Part shown: piece by piece, positions 51,442-60,000 of the stretch | Position numbering within the stretch: position 1 is the stretch's first letter | Layout: each line of letters begins with the position of its first letter | From: Lytechinus pictus | Taxonomy: Eukaryota | Assembly (NCBI RefSeq): GCF_037042905.1 | Contig: NC_087250.1 | Location: 18,044,001 to 18,104,000 of the forward strand | Length of the DNA stretch: 60,000 nucleotides | Direction of reading: 5' to 3' | Made by a program: the position numbers and the translations under genes | Notes under the pieces: generated by a model | What the model was told of the DNA's origin: nothing | Seen by the model: the letters and a program-made list of their open reading frames with translations, nothing else | The model's database searches: none

Positions 51442-51773
51442 GAGTTCCCATGCGTCAATTAGCCCCAATCTAGGTCTGTTACAACACAGTAAAAGGAGAT
51501 GATGGACTATATTTGACATTAAAAAAACATTTTCATCCACATTTTACCTCATCGGCAGAAATAGCTGATTTTAGTTCGTTCATTCGTTTTGATGGGGGGG
51601 GGGTATAGTCATAGTCCTATCCTTAGGCTAAATTTTAAGTGTACCTTATTTTTATGTTTACAACAGGATAGGGTATCTCATAAGACCTTAGTGTGCGAGC
51701 GCAAAGTGCGAGGTCAATTTTTTAATATTTCACGTAAATATTTATTCCTGAAAATTGATTGTTAAGCAGTGTT

Positions 51774-51823
51774 GAGGTCCCGGGTTCGACTCCCGGACAA
51801 GCCCCCATTTTACTCCCCTCTTC
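51774..51823 (-). other. PPT directly joined to a second 34-nt tRNA-Pro/PBS copy
   Basis: Minus strand gaagaggggagt-aaaa-tgggggcttgtccgggagtcgaacccgggacctc. Confidence 0.85.
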
Positions 51824-51877
51824 GAGAAAATGCTCTTACTTTTATTTTATTTTATTTTATTTTTTTTTTTTTTTATT

Positions 51878-54385
51878 TCACAACCTACTCAATACGTCTG
51901 CTCCGACATTGTCGCTGCCGCAAATCGCTTCTACGCGAAATCTGTAAGGTTGCAATGCTAAGATCCAGCGCATCAGCTTTCCATTGGCTGGGTTTACACT
52001 ATTCATGTAGGTTAATGGTTGATGATCAGTTTCGAGCACAAATTGCCTACCATATAAGTATGGCTCGAACTTTCTTACAGCCCATATTATGGCTAAACAC
52101 TCACGTTCAATGGTGGAATATGCTTGTTCTCTTCGAAGTAACTTACGACTTGCATATGCTACTGGGAATCGTTCCTCTTCGTGTGTCTGAAGCAGGACTG
52201 CTCCAATTCCAACATTTGATGCATCTGTTCTGAGTATGAAATCTGTTGACAAGTCTGGTAGATGAAGGATGGGTGGATTGGTTAGTTTGTCTTTGAGTGT
52301 TTTGAATGCATGTTCCTGATTGGTTTCCCATCTGATTTGATTTGGCTCATCTTTCCGAGTCCTATCTGTCAGTGGAGCGGAAATGGCAGAATAGTTGGGT
52401 ATGAACTTCCTATAGTAGTTGGTCATGCCGATAAATGATCGAAGCTCTCGTTTGGTTTGAGGTCTGCTGATTTCTTGGATGGCCTTGAGTTTCTCTGGTC
52501 GAGGACTTACTGTTCCATCTTCGATTACGTGTCCCAGAAATTCGACCTTCGATTGTCCCACAAAGCATTTACTGGGTCTGGCTGTCAGTTTTGCTGCTCG
52601 TAGCCTGCTAAGCAACTCGGTGAGTGTGGCAAGATGCTGATCCCACGTGGTTGAATGTATCAGGATTTCGTCTATATAGTTTACAGCTCCATCAAGTCCT
52701 TTTAGTAGTCTTCTCATCATTCGGCTGAAGGAGGCAGGCGCATTCACCAAGCCGATGGGCATGACTGTAAACTGAAAAAGGCCATCAGGAGTGAGAAAGG
52801 CAGTTAGTGGTTTTGATTTGTGTGACATAGGAACTTGCCAATAGCCTTTACTTAAGTCTACCTTAGTAAAGTATTTGGCATGTGCGACTTTTGTGAATAA
52901 TTCATCTTGATCGGGTATGGGTTCAGCGTCGAATACAGTGACCTTGTTGAGCTTCCGATAATCTACGCAAAAACGGTTACTACCATCAGGCTTTTTGACT
53001 AAGACAATTGGGGAAGCTATGGGGCTATCTGAAGGTTCTATAACCCCCATAGACAGCATGGTCTTCACTTCATCTCTGACAGTGTCCCTAAGAGAATGAG
53101 GAATAGGGTAAGGTTTACTCTTTAACTGTTTGTGATCACCGACTTTGAGTAAAATGTTGTGTTCGCCAAGTGATGTGCGATTCGGCAGATCTGACATGAC
53201 GTCTTTGTAGTTGTTGAGAAGTGCATTGACCTGTTCTTTTTGTGAGGGAGAAAGATCTGGATTAATGGTAACATCAGCAAGTGATTCCTTAGCCTGTAAT
53301 GGAAATGGCTGCAAGAGAGATCTGTTTGTTAGTTGGGGTGGAGATGGTGTGTCTTCATCTTCGGCATTATCCTCGCATTCAACCACTGCGGAGCAAATTG
53401 TCTCAATACCTGAAAGAGAAGGAGATGTGTTATTTCTGTCATAATATTTCTTTAGGAGATTTATGTGGAATACCTTTGGTTTACCATTCAAATCGATTCT
53501 GTAGTCCGTTGAGCTTACTTTGGAGACAACTTCAAAAGGGCCTTTCCATTGCAGAAGAAGCTTGTTTCGGTCTGTTGGCAGTAGAAGGAGTACTCTGTCT
53601 CCAACTTGGAATTCTCTGTGTTTGGCTTTCTGATTGTAGTACCTTGCGTGTCTCTCTGAAGATTTCTGTAGTTGAGTATGAGCATTGCGACAAGTCTCGT
53701 CGATTCTGTTCCGAAGATCCAAGATATAGTGGTAGGTAGACTTGGTTTCGGCTGTCTCAGCTTCACCTGTCCAGAGTTCTTTGAGGATGTCGAGGGGTCT
53801 ACGAACTTTCCTTCCGTAGAGAAGTTCAAATGGGGAAAACCCCATGTTTTCCTGAGGTGCCTCTCTGACTGCAAATAGAAGTGGGGTGATATACCTGTCC
53901 CAGTCCTTTGGGTTCTCGGCACACATACGTTTCAGCATCTGCTTTAAGCTTCCATTGAATCTTTCAACAAGACCATTTGCAGCTGGGTGATATGGCGAGG
54001 TCGTGAAGTGGCGTATAGACAGTAGCTTGCTTACTTCTTTCATGAGATCTGATGTAAATTGTGTTCCTTGATCTGTCAGCATTTCCTTTGGAATCCCGAC
54101 CCTGGTGAAGACGCTTACAAGAGCCTCCGCTACCCTCTCTGTTTCGATGCTAGGGAGTGGAATCGCCTCAGGATACCTAGTGGCATAATCAACAATTGTG
54201 AGAATGTAACGATTTTTGTTTTCTGTCATGGGATGTATTGGTCCAACAATATCTATAGCTATACGTTCAAAGGGGACTTCAATGATTGGCATCTTTCCTA
54301 ATGGGACCTTTTTTACTCTGCCTTTACCTAAAGTGCGTTGACATATGTCACATGATCGGACATATCGGATAATGTCATAATTCAT
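51878..54385 (-). pseudogene. Pol: integrase, RT, RNase H; RT catalytic motif reads YIDE
   Basis: ORF 51878..54385, separated from gag by a stop and a frameshift. Confidence 0.92.
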
Positions 54386-54414
54386 ACCGGCCAGAAGAAA
54401 TTGGTAAGAATTTT

Positions 54415-56370
54415 TTATGTGGTTTTCTTTGCTCCTTGGTGGCCTCCTAGAAGATTCTCATGAGCTGTCTGCATTACTTGCTTACGGTATTGTTTTGGAA
54501 CAACAACTTGTGTGATTACTGTATCTGAATCCTTGGAAGAAAGGAAGGATCTGTATAGAATCCCGTCTTTATAGAAGAAGGAAGACTTATTATGATGACG
54601 ACTTACTTTCTCTGTTCCAGCATCAACCAGTTCTCTCAGTCGATGTAGAGTCTCATCCTTCTGTTGTGTTTCCTTGAGAACTGATGGGATGACGACTTCT
54701 TCCATTGGATGTGGAGTCTTGAGTGGACGAAATGGCTTGCCTTCTCGTTGGACTTGTGCTCTTGTCTGTACTGCGCAGACTGGAATGACGGTCTCTGGTA
54801 ATGTCCATTGTGGATCTGGTTGCTCTGCTGGTCTCACACCTGGAATATTTCCTAAGATAAGGTCATAGAGAGGAGTTTTCATACTTACAGCACGAACTTT
54901 ACCTACATAGAAATGTGTATTGATATCGATCACTGCAATGGGGAGAGTTCTAATTGATTGATCAATTAGCAAACAAGTACAAACTTCACTTGTCATTTGA
55001 CTTTGTTTTACAATATCTTGTTTGATGATGATACCACTGGATCCGCTGTCTCTGAGAACGGAAATGACATTGTTATTTACAAGTCCCTTGGTAACAGGCA
55101 TACGTTTGACAAAATTTTCATTTGAGCATGCTGCACTTATTAGGGGCAAACTGTGATCATAACCAAATTTACCATAATCTGTCATAGATTCAAGGTAAGG
55201 GGTATCGTGTGGCATTCGGACCATTATGCATGAAGCTTCAAGTCTGACCTGTGTACTATTACAAGAGAGACATTGACATGGGTTATGGGAAATAGACATC
55301 GGGTTATCAGATTGTAAATAAGTAGGTTCAGCTTCCGGTGAAGGTCTGTCCTCTGGTTCCTCTGGTTCTTCCGGGATCACGAATCCTGCAGATTTAACTG
55401 GAGAGAAAGGACATGAGTTAGCAAAGTGTCCTGGCCTGTGACAGATAAAACAAGTCTTGGTCAATTGTGGTTTTTGTGATTGTTTTGGACAGTTACGAGA
55501 AATGTGTCCTTCTTGATGACAGTTGTAACATGTCTTTGGGAATGACTTAGAATGTATTTGAGGGTTATTTGTTTTACCTTCATGTCTTGTATTGATTCGC
55601 TGTGTTTGTCCTGTAGGGATGTTCCTCTGTGGCGGTGGCGCTCTGAATACACCTCCTCGTGCGTCTAGGTATTGCTCTGTGAATTTCATGGCATCATTTG
55701 TAGTCTTTGGCTGTCGTTCTCGTAGGAAGATTGACAAGTCACGATGGCATCCATTGATGAAGTGCTCTCGAAGAAGAAGATCCTTTAGGTCATCAAAATC
55801 ATGCTTGACGCCTGAGAGTTCAACCCATATGTTAAGGTAGTTCTCTAATCTGTTTGAATATTGTGATGCGGTTTCCCCATTAACTGGTTTACCTGTATAA
55901 AACTTTGAACGAAATCCTTCTAAGGTAAGTTGAAAAGCTTTCAAAAGAGCAGTTTTCAAAGTCTTATAATCTTTAGCTTCGTCACTGGTTAATCTAGAAT
56001 GAACATCAAGAGCTTTTCCTGTGAGCAAAGCGCTTAGATTCATTGCCCAATCAGTGCGCGGCCAATTTTGGGTTTCTGCATAACGCTCAAATCGCTGCAA
56101 GTAAGCATCAATATTATCTTTGTCCTCATGAAATGGTGGTAGTTTGGGAGTGCGGGCTTTCTGGCCTACAGATTTTGATTCACCTTTGACATTCTTTTCA
56201 CGCTCTATTTCTAGCTGTATTTCTGCCGTTTCTTTTTCTTGTTTCTTTAACTCCAACAACTCAGCTCTCTCATCTCTTTGCTTTTTCTGTTCATCTGATA
56301 CAAAATTTTTAAGAGCCTCACCAGTTAACCCAAACTCTTTACCAGCTGCCATAAGACTTGCTAAATCCAT
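54415..56370 (-). pseudogene. Gag (two CCHC knuckles) + aspartic protease (LRDSGS) + start of integrase; premature stop
   Basis: ORF 54415..56400. Confidence 0.9.
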
Positions 56371-56552
56371 GTTTGAAATAGGATCTCTATCAATTTGCAA
56401 AAAACTACTTCACCCAAATGAGGTCAAATGTACATGTACATTAGTATTTACACATATATATATTTACAAACATCTGCATTAAAGAAATAACTCCATTGTT
56501 ATTGTCTTGAGTTTTTTTGTTTCTTAGTTTCTAATCAATATACCCATGTGAC

Positions 56553-56591
56553 TGCGAGAGGTCCCGGGTTCGACTCCCGGACAAGCCCCCA
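56553..56591 (-). other. Extended 39-nt primer binding site complementary to tRNA-Pro positions 38-76
   Basis: Plus strand TGCGAGAGGTCCCGGGTTCGACTCCCGGACAAGCCCCCA. Confidence 0.85.
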
Positions 56592-56594
56592 AAA

Positions 56595-58087
56595 TGTCAT
56601 ATGGGCGGACTCCAAATAAAATTCAAGTAAAACTCAATGTGTACCAAATCACAATTTACAATTTATTTCAGAATACAAAACTCCAATATCAAAACATCTC
56701 TCTTCGAAGTTCAATATTGTCCAACGTATGAAGTTTAAAAGGGAAATAAAACTGTAACACCTCTAAATGATAAAGTATTCTGAAAAGTACTCTAATTCAC
56801 AAGTTTACAATCAAAGGATCCTGCATTGATCCAAGCTATAACATTCAACTCTCGATTTGTCTCTACCTCCAATATAACTGAAGAGATCCTGCACTGATCT
56901 TATCACCAACTTCAACGTTCAGTGTATTATATTTTCACCTGCAAAATTATCTCCAAAAATATCAATTAAACCTTTAACTTTGTATCTTTTGTTTTCACAA
57001 TAACGACTACCAAAAGTTCCTATAAAAGAATCCTGCATTAATCCACCTTCATAGAATTCCATTCTCACCACTTTGTATCTCTTATCATAACATTTTTGTG
57101 ATTACATTTCAAAATCCTTCTAACTCCTGAACTTGAGCTTTAAAAAAAATTATGCACCTAAATTACAGCTCAAAACTCTGTTAATCGACATCATATCCTA
57201 CACGGATTCAAACTCGAATAAACTCTTCTCACTATCAAACTGTTCATGTTCGGTCATCTTCATAATCAATGTCTATTTTCTGAAATGTCAATTTGCAAGA
57301 CTTCCTGGTATTTAGAAAGCTAGTTTCAAATTTAACGAAACGTTTCCTGCTTTCTCTCTCACTGCTATTTACAACTTATCTGTCAGGGACATGTTGACCA
57401 AAAACCTTCAGAGTCAGCACTTTATAATGTTCAGCTTAAAACAATTCACCAGTCTTCAAAGCGACCCGGTCTTGGGAAATGTCCCGATCCTGGAAATTAT
57501 CCGGTCTTGGAATATATCCCGATCTTAGAACCATCGATGGCTTCTTCAATACAGGCATAAAAATAACAGCATAAATTTAGCTAAATCTGACCTCATACAG
57601 GTATCTAAAAGTTCCAGCCAATATCAAACAAGAAAGGCTGCTTTTCTGTTTAAAGTTGAAATTCAAAAATTATCAAGATGGCAGCTAAAATGGCGACTGC
57701 CCCAAAATTGCATAGGTGTGTGTTCAAAGTCTCCAAGATGCAATGCCAGAAAACTAGTGGAAAGCTACTGGGGTCTCCTCCCAATTTTACAATTCCCCCA
57801 AAAGTATCTTAAGCAGCTGTTAAAAAGAAAAGGCTCACTGGGCTCACTAAAAGGGACCTATACAAGTCTACCACCCTGGACACAACACAAAATAGATATG
57901 CAAATTATCTCAATTCAATTCTAGCAAAAAGAATCTCACACACACTTCTCTCATCTCCTACTCACTCTTGCATAAGATCTACTCCTTGTCTCTTAGCAAC
58001 CTGGCTGAGGAGTGAAACTTAGATAAAATAAGCAAGCTTTGCTGAGGAAAATAAATAAAATAAAATAAATGCATTTTCAATGTGACA
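56595..58087 (-). repeat. 5' LTR (1493 bp), no partner copy in the window
   Basis: TGTCA...TGACA termini, AATAAA near its 3' end, PBS 3 nt downstream, TSD directly upstream. Confidence 0.75.
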
Positions 58088-58299
58088 GTGTTGCATATCT
58101 TACAGAACAATTAATGCTAGAGCGAAGCGCGATTAGAAATATCTTCATTTTATTTAGTTTATTTCATTAAAAACAATATATAAACCAAGTAAATTAATAC
58201 AATCATAACGAATCAATGTCATCAACAATGTTATCATTGTTATGGATTTTTGTTTGTTTTGGGGGGGTCAGTGGGGGTAATGAGTCTAACGCTATGTCT

Positions 58300-58667
58300 T
58301 GCTCCTAAAATCTTTAGACTCATGCACACCCGCCTTCACCTCAAACTACTAAGACAACTCAGAACCTACTTTAACTCTTTGTTTTGGCTCCTTCGTACAA
58401 ACTCATCACTGGGATCCTATAAACATTGAATCTGGTATACCCCTCTTCTTCATCGCCCGGCCCACTCCTTAGCCAAAGCCATACTGCTTCTTCCCTTCAG
58501 CCCGATATTCCTCTTGCAATCTTCTCAAAATGAATACTGCTTGATTATCCGTCGTACCTTTCCCTGGCATAAAACCAAAGCGCATCTCTTCCACTTCCAC
58601 CTTTCTCCAAATTGTCTTGGACCCTTTCCACAATTATTCATTGCATGTTCGAATAACTTCACACTCC

Positions 58668-58669
<2 letters not shown>
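58300..58669 (-). mobile_element. Degraded RTE-clade LINE RT fragment
   Basis: YRSVKLFEHAM, FGFMPGKGTTD, FILRRLQEEY and LYEGAKT motifs with frameshifts. Confidence 0.7.

Positions 58670-58708
<39 letters not shown>
58670..58708 (+). repeat. (TAA)13 microsatellite
   Basis: Read directly. Confidence 0.97.
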
Positions 58709-60000
58709 GGGTTGTAAAGATCACCTAATGACAAACAAAGCAATAATCGGTAATGCTCGCCAAAGACAGACCAATCTATCCATGGCTTGGATAGACTACA
58801 GGAAGGCATTTGACAGCGTACCACATAGTTGGATCATCAAAGTTCTAGAGATGTATCACATCAATCCACAAATAGTCAAGTGCATATCAGCAGGTATGAA
58901 ACAATGGAGCACTACTCTTTCGCTTACAATAGGCACCCGTTCGATGACAGTGGAGGGGGTCCGAATCAAGAGAGGAATATTTCAAGGAGATTCCTTATCT
59001 CCTCTTTTATTCTGCTTAGCTCTCAATCCAGTATGCTCTCTCTTACACGCTACGAGTTATGGCTACAGATACAAAGGGCAAGATGTATCTACGACAATAA
59101 ACCATCTGATATATATGGATGATATCAAACTCTTTGCAAAAAATGACGATGAACTTCACAAGATGATAGCAGTAGTTAAACATTTCAGCGATGACATCAA
59201 GATGTCGTTTGGTATAGACAAGTGTGCCAAAGTTACACTTGTACGAGGAAGGAGGGTAAATACAGGCGACATGTTTGTGCAAGATGAGGAAACATCAATC
59301 AATGAACTGACTAATGATTCGACATATAAATATCTAGGCATAGCTGAGAACGATGTCATTAGCCATAACACAATGAAGGAGAAGGCAACATCAGAATACA
59401 AAAGAAGACTCAGGCTGATCCTCAAATCCGAACTGAATGCCAAAAATAAGATTGAAGCGATCAACACACTAGCCATTCCTGTGCTTAGATACAGTTTTGG
59501 TATTGTTAACTGGAGACTAGCTGATATATGTGGCCTAGATGTTATGACCAGAAAGCAATTAACGATGCACAGATTACATCACCCAAAGGCCGCAATCGAA
59601 AGGTTGTACCTTCCCCGTGATCTTGGAGGAAGAGGTCTACAACAAATTGAGATGGTCTGGAATATGGAAGCAACGAACCTCGCCAACTACCTATCCAATC
59701 CACCTGATATACTGACGAGTATATCCCTCGATTATGATAAATGTCAAGCAATATACTCCATTAACAAGCAAGCATCTATCTTATTGGCACAACATCGACT
59801 GACACTACCCTACGGTGAAAAAGAGAAGGCAAGACTTAAATGCTCCTTTCACAAGAAACTTCAAGAGCAACTTAAATCCAAGCGACTTCATGGCCACCAT
59901 GAAAAACAGACGCATCGGGAGTTCGTAGACCAGAAAGACACACATCAATGGCTTAAGTCGGCGGGACTAAGAGGTGAAACTGAAGGGTTCGTCTATGCTA
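58709..60000 (+). mobile_element. 5'-truncated R4/Dong-clade non-LTR retrotransposon; RT frame open from 58710 to the window end
   Basis: AWIDYRKAFDSVPHSW, GIFQGDSLSPLLF, HLIYMDDIKL, YKYLG, LYLPRDLGGRGL, WLKSAGLRGETEG; no stop in 430 codons. Confidence 0.9.

Larger units (their letters stand above)
51774..58087 (-). mobile_element. Gmr1-like Ty3/Gypsy retrotransposon with a single LTR
   Basis: LTR, tRNA-Pro PBS, gag-PR-INT-RT-RH, PPT, second PBS copy; gtgtt(g) TSD at 51769-51774 and 58088-58093. Confidence 0.9.

Noticed and set aside
56553..56591. tRNA-Pro gene (also 51774-51807)
   Set aside because: Only the 3' half is present, with encoded CCA, at the PBS position of a retrotransposon.
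58525..58824. Poly-tyrosine ORF
   Set aside because: Artefact of the (TAA)13 microsatellite joining two retroelement fragments.

Overview
AT-rich, repeat-dense animal genomic DNA, probably echinoderm/sea urchin (inferred from the repeat families and gene type; not verified). Most of the window (about 3060-44376, minus strand) is one multi-exon gene that I assembled by hand from splice sites and codon phase: about 23 exons, about 2360 aa. Its architecture is about 35 ankyrin repeats (about 30 near-identical 99-bp units in one 3.3-kb exon), ZU5-UPA, death domain x2, acidic linker, death-like x2, ZU5-UPA, death domain, i.e. a PIDD/UNC5/ankyrin-type signalling protein. The ankyrin units vary mainly at the positions randomised in DARPins, suggesting a diversifying innate-immune receptor. 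Introns and the upstream region are filled with transposons: a decayed Gypsy element, an 8.2-kb CACTA/EnSpm-like element carrying a promoter, two Academ-type foldbacks, many MITEs, Helentron-like elements and SINEs. Upstream lies a Gmr1-type LTR retrotransposon with only one LTR and a tRNA-Pro copy as its 3' terminus inside the TSD. The window ends in an open, 5'-truncated R4/Dong-like non-LTR ORF inserted at (TAA)13.
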